DNA from: Oculina patagonica
Lineage: Eukaryota
DNA: 64,000 bases
Assembly (NCBI RefSeq): GCF_052425735.1
Contig: NC_135768.1
Span: forward strand, 17,174,001-17,238,000
Direction of reading: 5' to 3'
The notes beneath the pieces were generated by a model. It made no database searches, was not told the DNA's origin, and saw only the letters and a list, made by a program, of their open reading frames with translations. Every line of letters begins with the position of its first letter. The first letter of the stretch is position 1. The position numbers were made by a program, and so were the translations under genes. This document shows, in pieces, positions 48,733 to 62,715 of this stretch.

Positions 48733-50139
48733 TGCTGTGGCATTTACCATTTGTTTTATAGAGCTCTATAGAAACATGGAAAATGTTTTCTACTCTTTAA
48801 TCAAAGTTGAAAATTTAAAAGTGGTGGTTGTAAAAAAAATTAAAATGGAAAACAACTATAGATTGTGTAGAGTAATATAAAGGAACTCGGTTGGGTACTG
48901 AAAATATTATTAAATTACTGAATTATTGAATATGTATGAAGATCGCCGTTATGCCTGCAGCGAAGTTTCTTACGCGTTGGCGGACAGCGAAAACGCTTAG
49001 TTAATTATAGGTTCATAAGGCAAATAAACCACCGTGACGCCTTGTTGACTCCTTAGTTGCTACATTTAGGCACCTGAAGGTTTGCAAGGGTAACTGTCGC
49101 ATTTTACTGCCGATTTTCACTTCCACCATGGGCAACAAAATACACTATCTTCTTCCTATCGAGGCATGTACTTTATTTTTAATAATCGGTGCTGCATCAA
49201 ATTCGTGGTTCTTTACCATTATACAAAAAAAAAATACAGAAATTCTGGTTAGGATGTAAATTAAGCACAACTTTTTTTTGGTTCATTCCGTTCCGAATGG
49301 AAATTCATGTTGCATCATTTGCACCGTTTCCGCCTTTCGGTTTTTATGGCCATGCCAAATTTCGCGGTCCAACCGAAATGGCGGGTTCTTCAGTCGGGGA
49401 AACTTCAAATTGAACACATTCTTCCTGAACGGAAGTTCCCAACCGAAATTTCCGTCATTTTTGTAAATGGTAAACAACGAAATATTCCTTAGTTGAGTAT
49501 TTCCTCGTTCGCTTCGCCTGTCTTCAGAAAAACATATTAAACAAAAAATTATTATGTCTTTAGTCAATCTTCTCAATGCTGCAAAATAAAGGTTACATTT
49601 AATACGTTTTAATTTTAAAAAGATAAAAATGTCTTGTCGAATTTGGATTCAAACTCGGAAACAAAATTAGCAGTCGAAAATAAATGTCAATGTTTATTTT
49701 CATGGATATTTTACTCCATGAGGCGAATCACGTCGAGAGCGCAACAATATCCCCAAGCTCTCTTAAGTAAATAACTACTTAAAGAGTATTCTCAAAGCAC
49801 TCGCGAGAGACGCAAACAAAACTGCTTTATATTAGCCTACTGCTGGAAGGCTAATGTATAATGAAGGTTAAGTTCTTCATTAAAAGTTTCTTGCTTGTTG
49901 AAAGCCCACTTTAACATAATAAAAAGCCATAATTACATGTGAAAGGGAAACTAGAGACAATGACGAGCTAATATAAAGCCTACGCAATTTCGCATTAAAC
50001 ATGAAACTGCCAATCGTTGAAAGGCAGCTGTTTCGAACCTGTTTGCAAAAAGCTGTCCAAATTAAAAGCTATTTCTACAAATGTGTGAATACAAATTGAC
50101 ACTATGTAAAACGGATGCACAGGCTGGTTTAACGCAATC

Positions 50140-51144
50140 ATGGCTGCTAACACAACAGTTTTATTAAGCTCTGCTTTGCAAAACTATACGACGACCAAAC
50201 CTTCAACTTGCCAAACTCTTCAACCTTTTCTGGATATAGAGGCTAGAGAGAATTTACCGCAATTCTACATAATAGCGTCAATATCGGCGTGTGTTGTTGA
50301 CTTCATAATGTGCTTCACAACACTGATGTTTAATACGGTTGTCATTTTAGCAATATGGAGGACACCCTTGCTTCACCAACCGAGAAACGTTCTTCTCTGT
50401 TCCCTGGCAGTTTCCGACTTTTTCGTTGGTTTAACAACACAGCCTTCCTTCCTAGTAGCAGAAATTTCACTTCTTTTTGGAAACATGGAACTATACTGTT
50501 TGACAGTGTTTATTCATTTTTACACTAGTTGGATCTTCAATGGGGTTTCTTTCCTAACGCTTTCAGCCATTAGCTTTGAGCGATATCTCGCCCTGCGTTT
50601 TCACCTTCGATATGCCGAGTTAATAACAACGACCCGCGTATGCATTACGGTGATTATTTACTGGTCGATATGGGTTACGTGGATAACGCTTGAGTGGTTC
50701 TGGGCGAGAAACAAACTTCTGACCTACATACTTATCGCCCTTTGCATGTTGATAGCAACAATTGACGCCTGGTGTTATTTTATAATTTACAAAACAGTCA
50801 AAAGGCACAACAAACAAATTCAGGACTCGCAACAACATACCCATCAAAGCATGGTCCGATATCGACGCACAACAAATACAATGATTATTCTTATTAGCGC
50901 TTTTGCCCTAAGCTACTTTCCCTTTCTCATCACCACAGCAATTAGCGCTACGCAAGAGAAGGAAGACATGAGGACATCTGCGGCCCACTGTCTTGCCGTT
51001 GTGGTCATTTTTGCAAACTCTACAGCAAATCCGTTAATTTACTTCTGGCGAGTCGCCGAGCTTCGCGAAACCGCAAAACAAACTTTCAGGAAATTCTATC
51101 CGATGAAAATGGAACAGGAGGACGTGGAGTTAGATACTAGATAG
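50140..51144 (+). CDS. Intronless class A GPCR, 334 aa (most divergent family member; TM3 Cys present, ERY)
   Basis: LCSLAVSD, LYC, ERYLALRFHLRY, SYFP, NSTANPLIYFWRVAELR. Confidence 0.93.
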   Translation: MAANTTVLLSSALQNYTTTKPSTCQTLQPFLDIEARENLPQFYIIASISACVVDFIMCFTTLMFNTVVILAIWRTPLLHQPRNVLLCSLAVSDFFVGLTTQPSFLVAEISLLFGNMELYCLTVFIHFYTSWIFNGVSFLTLSAISFERYLALRFHLRYAELITTTRVCITVIIYWSIWVTWITLEWFWARNKLLTYILIALCMLIATIDAWCYFIIYKTVKRHNKQIQDSQQHTHQSMVRYRRTTNTMIILISAFALSYFPFLITTAISATQEKEDMRTSAAHCLAVVVIFANSTANPLIYFWRVAELRETAKQTFRKFYPMKMEQEDVELDTR

Positions 51145-51419
51145 GTCTGATGCTAAGACTCAGCTGTACACATTTGGCACCTTCGATTTCAGTCCCCTTG
51201 AAGAACTTCCCCTTAAAGTTATGGGTGAGAATTTCATTGTGTATGAATGAAGTATCTGATCCCCTTGTAGATGATTTTCATTGTTATCATCACCTGTCTG
51301 TTAGACAATGTATTAATGTTGTAAGAGGAATTTAGTTGTTTACTCTTGATATTATTAACTATAGTGGGTTATAAGGACGTTTTGTTAATGCTGTTCTCGT
51401 TTTTCTATTCTAAAGAGTA

Positions 51420-51740
51420 AATAAACAAAATTGAAGGAATTCCAGTTTAAATTCATTTACAGAATTAAAGTTACGATATGGTAAATAAAATGTATGGCAA
51501 ATGTCTCTCCTGCAGCGAGCACGATTCAATTGATAATAAATTCTATGAATGCCAAATTGTAAAGAACTTTGCAAACAACGTCATTGATTGGATTAATACT
51601 ACCAATAATTGACAAGTTACTCCAACAATTAAAGAAAAATTATTTGTTATCATGTCTGGCCCATATGAAAAAGAAATATTAAAGTAATTCAATTATACGA
51701 CCCTATTTATGAGATACTTCATCTATTCCGGTAAGTACTG
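51420..51740 (+). mobile_element. Decayed L1/Tx1-like LINE C-terminal fragment
   Basis: Manual translation KCLSCSEHDSIDNKFYEC..IDW..KEKLF resembles the C-terminal Zn-finger region; contains stops. Confidence 0.45.
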
Positions 51741-52761
51741 TAATAAGCCGCCAAGATTGTAATAATTAAATTGATTCTGGTAGTGGTACTCTGGGGAATC
51801 GCAACTTAAGACGTCATATACCACATTGCTGTTTGTCTTTTTGTTATTTACATTCTGGGATTTGAGTGCTTATGAGGTCTACTTCAGCGTCATATGGCAG
51901 AACTGTAGGTGTAGGTATACAAGTAGCACAAAATATTAACATTGAAATTATTCCAAAATACGAATTTTTCTGATTGACTGGCACGAACCAAACGGTAGCT
52001 AATTCTTGAATTGATTTTAAGATTTATTTCGCATTGTGTTATAAGGGATATTAATCTGCCACTGCTTTAAGACCAAAGGATTGAACTTTAAAGATAACGG
52101 TAATAACCTTAACAAATACAAATCTCACGGGGTTGCCTTTTTACGATTTTTCTACTCGTTATTTTGCATTTTATAGTTTCTTACCTTTTAACAAGTACGG
52201 CCAGAAAAAAAAACTACCCTGAAGTTGACTTAATAGCTTAAATTTCAGCTATGCAAACCACGCACGGACTTAAAACTTTGAGCTTGAAACAATAATTCAA
52301 TAATTGCCAAATTGTAAAAATTGCATTTTTGTCAAAATACATAATACGGTGATCTTATATATTATAAATAATATTGCCAGGAGCTCGAGAGCTTCCCCAA
52401 TTGTTTTTTATTTAAAATTGAACGGAGTTTAAAATCAATTTGTTTATAGCACATGATACAATAATATCCTCATTTTTATGTAAAAAAGAGCGATCGTTTG
52501 TTCCAAACCCTGACAACAAGTGCCTTTTTTTAATAAAAATTAATAAGCAGCTTTGACAAAGAATCAGACATCCATTGTTTTGAAGCTAAATTGCTACATA
52601 TAATAAAAACCTCCAAGTTATTTGTTATTGAAGTCCCCTTTGGAAGATTTTTAAATAAGTGATTGACCAAAATTGCAAGGTCACCAGAACTCTTATACGT
52701 TCGAGGTTAACAGCGAACGAAATAAACGAGCGTAAGTTCGAGGTTTTTCAGGAGAGCCACA

Positions 52762-53661
52762 ATGGACAACGACAGCTTCTTAACAAACAAATCGGCGAGT
52801 AATTATTCTGCTCATCCTGATATTCTTGTCATCATAAATTGCGTTCTTAACGCCCCATTGATGGTCATATCCATTATTGGCAACACTCTGGTGCTAGCCG
52901 CCATGTTGAGAACTCCTTCGCTACGTTCACCGTCCATGATTTTACTTTGCAGTTTGGCTGTGTCAGACCTCCTTGTTGGACTTGTGGTACAGCCGCTTTA
53001 CATTGCTAAAGAACTGACAGAAGATTTGTTTGTATTTCGAATTTCGTATTTTATGAGTTTTAGTTCTTGTGGAGTGTCACTTTGCACAGTAGCAGCCATA
53101 AGCTTGGACAGATTAGCCGCCATTCACTACCACATGAGATATGTTACCATGGTGACTTCACGTCGAGCTGTCTACACATTAGTGCATATATGGCTTACAA
53201 TTTTTCTTGGGTTCGCTGTTTACCTTTTGAGTGTTTCTATTTATTTTATCTGTGTATCCGCTGTTATTGTTATTTGTCTGTTGATATCCTCATTTTGTTA
53301 CATCCGTATTTTTCAAATTGTTAAACGACATCAAATGCAGATACAAGCTCAGCAACAGGCAGTGCAAAGTTCAGAGCTGGCTAGTAATGACTTAAACATG
53401 ATGCGATTGAAGAAGAGCTCGATGAACACTTTTGTATTTTACGTATTTTTGATTTTATGTTATTTGCCAATGTTTATTTTCTTAATGCTTAATGTGATGT
53501 TACGAATAGACTGGACAAGCAAATCGCGCTTTTCTGCTACTGTGGTATTTATGAACTCGTCAATCAATCCATTTTTGTATTGTTGGCGTCTATGCGAGCT
53601 ACGAACGGCAGTTGTAAGTACAGCAAGAAAAATGTTCTGTGCACAAGCAGGACAAGAGTAG
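52762..53661 (+). CDS. Intronless class A GPCR, 299 aa
   Basis: 7TM; DRL, CYLP, NSSINPFLY; closest to the 13087 gene. Confidence 0.93.
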   Translation: MDNDSFLTNKSASNYSAHPDILVIINCVLNAPLMVISIIGNTLVLAAMLRTPSLRSPSMILLCSLAVSDLLVGLVVQPLYIAKELTEDLFVFRISYFMSFSSCGVSLCTVAAISLDRLAAIHYHMRYVTMVTSRRAVYTLVHIWLTIFLGFAVYLLSVSIYFICVSAVIVICLLISSFCYIRIFQIVKRHQMQIQAQQQAVQSSELASNDLNMMRLKKSSMNTFVFYVFLILCYLPMFIFLMLNVMLRIDWTSKSRFSATVVFMNSSINPFLYCWRLCELRTAVVSTARKMFCAQAGQE

Positions 53662-54862
53662 ATAAGAAAACTATGTCATTGGAGTTTTGAGCTTGAAAGC
53701 TTGTACAGATGTTTAAGCTTAACAATGCATTAGTACTAATCGAGTATACATTGAGTTTAATGATTGCAAGAAGTACCAGATAGAAAAGGCAAACACAAGG
53801 TAACAGATTTTGTGAGCTCGAGCCTGTCGGAGTTCCAACGTTGGAGTAAGAGTGATTTTTTTTCTCGAACCGTGAGATAGTAACTACACAAATAGATGCT
53901 TTTAGACTTTAATTTCGTTGTCTTGTTTTGTTTAGTTTCGACTAGATAGCACTAATGGTTACATGTTGCTTCGCGGTTGAATTAAAGTCACTCTAAATGT
54001 ACAAAATGTAATAACCTTATTTAGACCTCTGCAAACATTTATAAAGCAGATATAAAAATGTACATACATAAATGTTTAACATAATTTCCTGTAATAAACT
54101 GTCGACATATTTAAGTTCAAAATTATGGAACATATAAACCATTAAACTATTTGCTTTAAAACATAAAATACCTTGCAGATCATCTACGATTTTTGGGCAG
54201 TGAATTCCACTGCCATGATAAATCCCGGACATTTTCCCTAATAATATGCTTGAAAAAAAAAGCTGAATGCTGATTTGCTTCAAAGGGGTGTCATTTTTTC
54301 ACACTAATACAGAAAAGTTTAACGCGAGTGCAAAGTTACCTTCAACGGTTTACGGTTAAAAAGGAAGGATAATTTTGACAAAATTTTAGGTCATCTGCTC
54401 AACCTTAAATGCATTCTCGGGTAAGCCTAATTGTTCATCGAAGAGATATTGTTAATTTCACATAACCTGCTAGTTTATAACTGTACATCTAATTTTGTCT
54501 GATGAATACAATTTGTTATTCTGTTTTGGGACACTCAGGCAACATTCAAATGATATGCATTTTACCAACCAACGTTTAGGTTCGTTGGTTAAAATATAAA
54601 ACGACCTGTCGAAGGTTTTGAGATTTGAATCCCAAATACCATTAAGTAAGCATCTTAAAGGAGCTACGTCAGGGACAACGCATCTTGAAAAAGCTGGCAA
54701 GTTTTTTCAAGTTTGTTGTTCGTAATCCGTCTTAATCTTTGTCAGTTAAAACCATCCTTGGTTACTTTTGCGTTTTTATTACTCCTTTGTTGTTTTTCTA
54801 TGTTACAAAACTATTATTTTGAGGTTTCCTTCAATTCGGAAGTAATCAGAAAAATGACTTAA

Positions 54863-55439
54863 CCCTATTCAGACCGGGGGGGGGGCTTTTGAGGCCCGCG
54901 CTGACTTTGAACTCTTAGAACTTTTTTAAGATTAAATCAAACGCTCCCAAACTTTCTGAGTTTTCCTAAAATTTATCTGGCAATAATTTGGTAGGATTGG
55001 ATGATGTGTCATGAACTTGACATCACCATGGCAACGGCATTTTGACAGGCATGTTTTCCCAAATTTGTAATTTTACGTGTTTCTGTCAATAAAAATCAAC
55101 TTAAATAGAATTACTTTTACATTTTTACGGGTTTAAAGCACATTTTTATTGATTTTGAGTACTTTGCAGTAATTTTGAGTGGTTTTCTGGCATTTTGGAA
55201 AGATTTTGAAATCCAAGATGGCGGATCCAAGATGGCGGCTGTTTTGACATCATTGTGTAATTGTCACGTGATGTGACGTCACCATCCCACGTGACGTATA
55301 CCAAAAGAAAGATTTTTGGACATACAATACATCCTATAAGTTTCATGGTGATTGCTTTAATATTCTGGAAGTGAGATAGGGGGGCTTCCGAAGGCCCCCC
55401 CGGTCTGAGAAGGTCCAAAAAAGCCCGGTCTGAATAGGG
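54863..55439. mobile_element. piggyBac-like MITE
   Basis: TTAA-CCCTATTCAGACCGGG ... CCCGGTCTGAATAGGG-TTAA. Confidence 0.9.
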
Positions 55440-56340
55440 TTAAAATATCGTATCATTGCTCCTTTAACTATCAATGGAAAATGTATTTCACCTGTTTTTT
55501 ACCATGCAAAATAGTAGACCAGTACGAGACTTTCTGACGACTAACCACAACTCTTACTCTTCACTGCTAACGGCTGCTTGAATGTTGATGACTGCGGATT
55601 ACCATCATTGAGATCCTGATACGGTCAGTGCAGCCCAGTCAATACTGTTATACATATTCTTCCTGATGTAGGTATTAAAATTCTTTAAATATTGATACCC
55701 ATAACTTTAATCTAATTTTTATTGTTTTTGAAAGCATCCTCGGTGTAAATAAGCAATATCTTAGAAACGCAGACTTACTTCTTTATATTTGAACTATAGT
55801 ATATATTATACTAACTAAAAAACTAGTTGAATCAAATTAAAATCCAAGGAAATCTTAATTGCAAAAATGTTGCCTTGTTTTGATTTTAATTAAAACATGT
55901 TTATGTTGGGGTTTACTAAAGGAAATATGGAAGGTATTGGTAGCGTTTACAGATCCATGGCTTATATTATCTTTTCACGACACCGGGTATGCCATAAATA
56001 GTTGATCTTTCTGGTCTTTTTTGAACTATTAAATATAAAGTGAGGAATCTGTGTATTTTTTATAAATTTGTAGCTTGTACGAAGACAGGGCAAGTTGTTG
56101 GTTTCCAGTTGTTGCTTTGTATCAGGTCGTTTTGGCAAACTCGTGTTCAATTTTTGATAAATAGAAGATTTTAGGGAAACCGGAACTCGCACGCGATTCA
56201 GCAGCAGCAGCGAATTCAAAACTAATTTTGCTTTTTAGGTTTATGCCCCATGCTGCTAATAACATTCAAGTTGCATTCATTAGTGGCCGGGCTCACGAGT
56301 CCTTTGATTTGGAAGGGATCGAGGTCGTAAAAAAAGAAGA

Positions 56341-57158
56341 ATGGAACTCATGTTATATGAGTGCACCTTATTGACCTATCGCTAAAATATTAAGACTATT
56401 AAGTCTTACTTGGTCGGTGAGTTCCTTATGGAACTTATGTTATCTGAGAATAGCACATTAACCTCGTGCTAGATTATTAATTCTTATTTGGCTGGTGAGT
56501 TCCTTATGGAACTGATGTTATCTGAGGGCAGCATATTGACTTTGTGTCAGATATTTCTGTCTTACTTCGGCGGTGAGTTCCTTATGGGACTCGTGTAATC
56601 TAAGGGTAGCATATTGACTTCGTGCCAGATTGGGTGCTGAGTTCCTGCTCATGTTATCTGAGGGCAGCATAGTGTCCCCGTGCTAGATGATTCTGTCTTA
56701 CCTGTGTGGTGAGTTCCTTATGGAACTCATGTTATCTGAATGCAGCATATTAAACTCCTGCTAGATAATTATGTCTTACTTGGGTGTTCAGTTTCTTATG
56801 GAACTCTTGTTATATGAGGGCATATTGACCTCGTGCTAGATTATTCTGTAGGTTACAGACTTGGGTGGTGAGTTCCTTATGGAACTCTCGTTACCTGAAG
56901 GAAGCATATCAACCTCGTGCTGGATTATTCTCTCTCACGTGGGTGATGAGTTCTTTATGGAATTCATCTTATCTGAGGACAGCATATTGACCTCGTGCTA
57001 GATTATTCTGTAGGTTACAGACTTGGGTGGTGAGTTCCTTATGGAACTCACGTTACCTGAAGGAAGCATATTAACCTCGTGCTGGATTATTCTGTCTCAC
57101 TTGGGTGATGAGTTCCTAATGGAACTCATGCTATCTGAGGTCAGCATATTGACCTCAG
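56341..57158. repeat. Tandem array of ~78-bp units (~11 copies), same family as the 33093 array
   Basis: Consensus ATGGAACTCATGTTATCTGAGGGCAGCATATTGACCTCGTGCTAGATTATTCTGTCTTACTTGGGTGGTGAGTTCCTT; a ~162-bp higher-order dimer is repeated at the 3' end. Confidence 0.93.
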
Positions 57159-58142
57159 GTTGCTTTAAAATCTTTATTGCTGAAAATGTAGAGTTTAATT
57201 TGTCCAGGGTTTGATTTTGTCAGGAATAAATTAACCGAAGCTTGGAATATTAATACCTCGTTTCAGGTATTAATCTGTCTCATTAATATTCATAATTCTA
57301 TTTCATAAGTTAGTCCCGCTCTTTCCTGCTACATTATCAAGCCCTCCCTTGACTTTAATATTCAACAGGGTTATAAGTTAAATAAAGGTTGTTGAATTAC
57401 AAAAGAAAATGTGTCAATCGTGAAATAATAATACTTACTCCCCTGCCTGATTTAGCGATTACAATTTATTAGAAATACTTGCTGATAATTTTGATGCAAT
57501 TTGCGTTGAATAAAAAATATCCAGTGTCAACAATTAAAAAATACAGAAAATCTTTCTATGCAGTTATTAAGGCGTGGGCTGTAAAGGGAAAATATCGACC
57601 TTAGCTCATCACATTACGCAACGATAACAGGGACTTCCGTACGAAAAAAACTGTTATCTAACATTTTACAAATGTTGCAATATTTGAGCAACAACAGCTA
57701 ATTGTATGTAGTCTTTGGCAATATACAATATTTATCATATGGTAATATAAAGGACGCTTCGTTTAATTTTGGCAAAATCTAAAGTGAGAGCAGTTGGGAA
57801 TTGTTTATCTAATATTATAAAACATCGTTCCTCTATCAACATGATAGTATAACTGTAAAATCAATTATTTTATTCTACTGGTGTATTGCATATTTCTGTG
57901 TTACAAATTGATTAATCAGTTAGCGGAAAAGTAATTTGCCCGTTTTTTTAAAGAAACTGATATTTTCAATATCACTGCTTTGAAGTGAATTTTAATGAAA
58001 TTCGTTCTCTCTGATTATCACGTATTACCTCCTACATAACTTGAGGATTAGCGGAAATATTAATTTCCTAAAGACGACATTTATTTGTGCAACAGATTAA
58101 TTTATATGGAAAATAAAAACGGAAAGCTATGTTTTTAACATT

Positions 58143-59231
58143 TAGGCTGCATTCATTATGTATCCTACAGGGGGGCAGAGGATTTTAGGGGGGGGGGTTT
58201 CTCAAATTTTTAGAGTCAAAAAGGGGGATATAAAAATTGTTTAAATATTTCCTGGGGGGATGCTTATTTTTTGCAAGATTCTTTCTAGCTTTTGTAATAG
58301 TTTTAAAAAGTGAAAAAAGAAATGATAAGTACAGTTGCTTCTTTCAAAGATCGTAAGCAACAAGGGTACCTCTATTATTCTGAGAGACTACAGTACCTAT
58401 TTTGAAGTTTTTCAAGGAGTGTTCCTGGCCTGTAGATGTAATGTTTCGATACAGTATAGAAAGTAAAACATCTAAAATGGATAAATTTAATGCAACCTCA
58501 GTCTAAGCAGTGCATCGTTATTGAATCAATGAATGCAAAAGAAAACAGTGTAATTCAGTGCACCGTCTTATGAAATTGAACAACAAATGTGCACTTAAAT
58601 GTTCAATGAAAGGATACGAACAATATGACTGGAAAACTATCGCGTTCACGTTTGAAAATATGAACAAGCTTTACGTCGAAGAACTTAACAAATATTTAGA
58701 CCATCATAAACTTTCTCTCCTTGGGAAGAAAAATGATAACATAAGGAGAATAATGGCACATGTCGCACTTGAGAGGAATGATGCTGAACGGCCGGAAAAC
58801 GAGGGTGAAGAGGATGGCAACAGCGGAGATGAATCCGCGGACGAGTGTGATTGTGAGAGTGATGATGATGATGAGGTTGTTGCTTTTGTCGACGAGAGTG
58901 ACAGTGAAACGGAGGTTCCTGTCAATACTCCTGGTAGTACTCGTACACGAGCTGGCGGGCTATTTATACCTAATTCGCGCTACTTAGACTGGCTGGCATA
59001 GGTATGACATAAACAGTCAAAGCTCTCTCGATGTTGTTATTAAACATGTCTCTTAAAATGTCAAACATATATAGTGTACTATTATACAGATATTTATTTT
59101 GATATTTCTTGTGAGGGAGGAGGAGGGGGGGGTATTCATTTTTCGGCTGATTGCTTGGGGGGATTATGAAAATTTGTATGGACCTTGGGGGGATATAAAA
59201 AAACGAGCCGCTGAAGAAAAAAATCCTCTGC
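58143..59231 (+). mobile_element. Truncated DNA transposon with SAP-like ORF (58558-59001)
   Basis: Absent in paralog (17567). Inverted GCAGAGGATTTT (58175-58186) / AAAATCCTCTGC (59220-59231). ORF has KLYVEELNKYL..LSLLGKKNDNIRRI plus an acidic tail. Confidence 0.6.
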
Positions 59232-59232
59232 T

Positions 59233-60780
59233 CCTCCTTTCGTTTGGTCTTTCCCGTATTAATAGGTCTATATACGTTACTATTTCATCAGCAACAATCG
59301 TTATATGTCTGTTAACATCCGCATTTTGTTACATCCGAATTTTTCGAATTGTCCAACGACATCAAATACAGATTCATGCTTAGCAACAGGCAATGCAAAG
59401 TTCAGACGATTGTGATAACTTGAACATGCTGCGGTTAAAGAAAAGCTCGATGAATTCCTTTCTATTTTTTATCTTTTTGATTTTGTGTTATTTTCCAATT
59501 TTTGTTCTGTTGATTCTGTTTGGCAAGTCAGACAAGGAATGGAACTTTGCTATCACTATAATGTACATGAACTCATCTATTAATCCATTTCTTTACTGTT
59601 GGCGTCTTCGTGAGCTTCTTCTTACTTACTGCCCTATACGCCCTTGGCGCTAAGGGCAGCGACAAAGTTTCTCCACACATGCCTGTCACGAGCTTTCTTT
59701 TCGATGTCTCCCCAGGTGTAATTAAGGGTTTTAAGTTCGCTTTCTATCGTCCGTCTCCAAGTTGTTCTTGGTCGTCCTCTCTGTCTTTTCCCTTCCGGTA
59801 TCCAATGAACTGCTGTTTTTGGAATAGCTTTCCCTTCCATCCTAAGCACATGTCCTACCCAGCTCCAACGTCTCCTTCTTATGATATTCCTCATGTTCTC
59901 TTGGTGACATTGGGTAAGCAGATCTTTGTTGGAGATAACCCTTGGCCAAAAGATACGTAGTATTTTCCTGAGGGATTTGGTGTGAAAAGAGGACAACTTC
60001 TTCATGTCATGCTCTGTCATCCGCCAGCATTCGGACCCATACAGGAGTACTGGTAAAACACAACTTTGGTATATCGATAGCTTTGTTTCCTTACTATACT
60101 GTGCAGAGCTCCAGATAACATTCAGGTTGTTAAAAGTATATCGAGCTTTGTTTAGCCTACTACAGATGTCATTACTGGTTCCTCCAGTCTGACTAATTAC
60201 GCTGCCCAGGTATGTAAACGTGGCTGTATTATGCAGATCTTGACCTCCCGCTTTTATTGGTGTTGGTGTAGCTACGTTGAGGGTCATAACTTCGGTCTTC
60301 TTTGTACTTATTCTCAACCCCACTTTCCTACCAAAGGTGTTTAACCGTGTTGTTTTCTCCTGTAGATGGTTGTGTGTGTGTGACAGCATAGCAAGATCGT
60401 CTGCAAAATCAAGGTCTTCTAATTTTGAAAGAAGTGTCCATCTGATGCCCCTTGGTTTGTCCTCAGTTGTTCGTCGCAGAACCCAGTCAATGACAATATT
60501 GAAAAGAGTTGCTGACATAACACACCCTTGTCTCACTCCGGTCTTAACTTCAAAGCCTAGCTCACACTTCCCGACACTACAGGTGAAATTGGCATACATA
60601 CACTGGATGATGGAAACAATGCGTTGTGGTATTCCATAATGCCGCAAAATGCGCCAGAGACTGTCTCGATGGATGGAATCGAACGCCTTTTCAAAATCAA
60701 CAAGCTTCGTGAGCTTCTAAAGGCAGTTAATTGTTACAGTAGCAAGAAAGTTAGTATGTAGAAACACACATCGAAACTAA
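59233..60780 (+). pseudogene. 3' half of a class A GPCR (paralog of 17793), with nonsense codon and LINE insertion
   Basis: Matches 18259 onward; TAG at 59381; interrupted after WRLREL by the RTE LINE. Confidence 0.88.
59620..60704 (-). mobile_element. 5'-truncated RTE-clade LINE (RT C-terminal part)
   Basis: Open frame from VDFEKAFD through GVRQGC, FADD, GRPRTTW; (TAAG)n-type tail; 14-bp TSD CTTCGTGAGCTTCT (59606-59619, 60705-60718). Confidence 0.93.
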
Positions 60781-62715
60781 AAAGGACGAAAAACAGCTAT
60801 GTCCTTATTAATTTCGCTGTTGTAGCTGCGAAGTGTTGGAAGGTTTAACACATTTGACTTGCAACCCGGGTAAAATGCTCTAACCTGGCCATGCCTGCCT
60901 CGCAGTGTCTTCCTCCACTTAGGTGTATAATAGGTACCGAGGCCAAGATTAATAGTTGAAGAAGCTAAGTGAGTAATGGGAGATATATTGGTCTGTGCTG
61001 CACTTGAGAGTATCGTTAAGAAGGAATGTTGTAATGTTCCTAGCCGCGTCATGCAACAGAGTCAGGCACAAGTGAACGTTCCTTTCTTTGGGATTAAAAC
61101 ATACATCACCAGAGCTTTTTGCACAGGTATCAACTTAGGAAAACGAGAAAGCTTGGATAAATTTCTGTGCCAGAAAGGCATTTAGACAGTTTTACGTCAA
61201 AAGGTGTATTTTTGTTTTTTTTTGTTAGTTATGTTTTGCACTTTTCGTTCGGTTCATTGCCAGCCTCAAAGTGTGCTGTTAACATATTTAGATTTCATTG
61301 TAATGCGTTCCTTGTTGACTCTTCGTTTGCCTCTGATCGCCATTAATTTTATGACGAGTTATTAGACATAAAGGACATATCTAAAGAAATTGCTATTTTT
61401 CCTTGATTACCTTTTAACACTTTTAGCGCATGTTTTCTGCAGGTGACAACAAGGTAAACACTTTCTTATTAACATTTCCTTCCTGATAACGTAATAACGA
61501 TTCGGTGAATATAAATCTATGGCAACATGATTAAATAAATCCAATCCAATTCCTGTAGTATTATAGGCAATAAACAGTTCAATTTATGATAATTTCAGCT
61601 AATTTCAACTACTTGTATGAAATTTTCCCGATATGATGTAAGACATAGAGTCCTTCCCCTGATCAAAAATCAGTAGTTTCGAAAAAATCCCTTGACCTGT
61701 TATTCTGTCTAAGTGTAGTAATGTATGCAGGGTCCCCAAGTGCAGTAGTATCAGAGTTACCAAAGAAAGCCTATTTTATTAGAAGCTCTAAAACTGAATT
61801 AAAAATCATAAGAAAATCAATAGAAATCTTAAGTCATTAGTTATTTGAAAATGAATAGTAGGCGCTGAAATTTAGGTTGTATTGTATCGTTCATCTATTT
61901 CATTATTTTCGAAGACTTTTGTTCTCTGAAATTCTTCTAAAAGTAAATTTAATTAGTAGAAACTCATCTGTGTTCTATTGTTTTTCGCTGATAGAACCTG
62001 ACAATCGTGCGCGCGTTGCTCTTAAATAAACCCTTTCTTGATCTTTGGCTTAAAAACACGTCCAAATGTAGGTTTTTGAACTTTAATCCTTTAGAGTTTC
62101 TACTAAAATATCAGACTGATCGTCGTTATCTATGAGAGCGATTGTCAACTCGGCTGCGCCGCCTAAACTATTGTGAGCTACCTTAAACTTGAATTAAATA
62201 GACTTCGTTTTCAAAAGTTAAAAATAGCGAAGTATGAAATCAAATTAAAAAATAAGACAGTCTTCTTTCTTTGCATCTATTATTTTAACCATAAAAAACA
62301 ATTTTTGTTTTAAATGTCAAAAAAACTAATTTTTGCTTGACACTGTTGGTGTAGCTGCCTTTAGTTCAAAACTGAGCCACCTTTGTATCAAAACTAATGA
62401 AAAAAATTCAAATTAAAAAGCACAGCAAATTCATGCAGAACTTCATGCAGAAGCTTTGTATACTTTTGGGCGGGATGAACTGTTATGACTGTCAGTTCCA
62501 TTGTAATAAAAAATAATCAATGATGGGAAAAATCAACGCTTATAATCCTTTACAATGGCCTTTATTACAAAAGCCTTGGAGATGAAAATTAAACAAGAAC
62601 TAGAGACCAACTCAAAGGAAGCTGATTATTATTGGAAGCGGACGATTTTTTGACCACAACGAAGTTAAAACCAATTTTTTTTTATCAAGTTGGGGTTTTT
62701 AAAAGAAGAAACACG

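Noticed and set aside
56341-57158. Hammerhead ribozyme / retrozyme repeats
   Set aside because: The CUGANGA..GAAA core was not found consistently in the units on either strand by eye.
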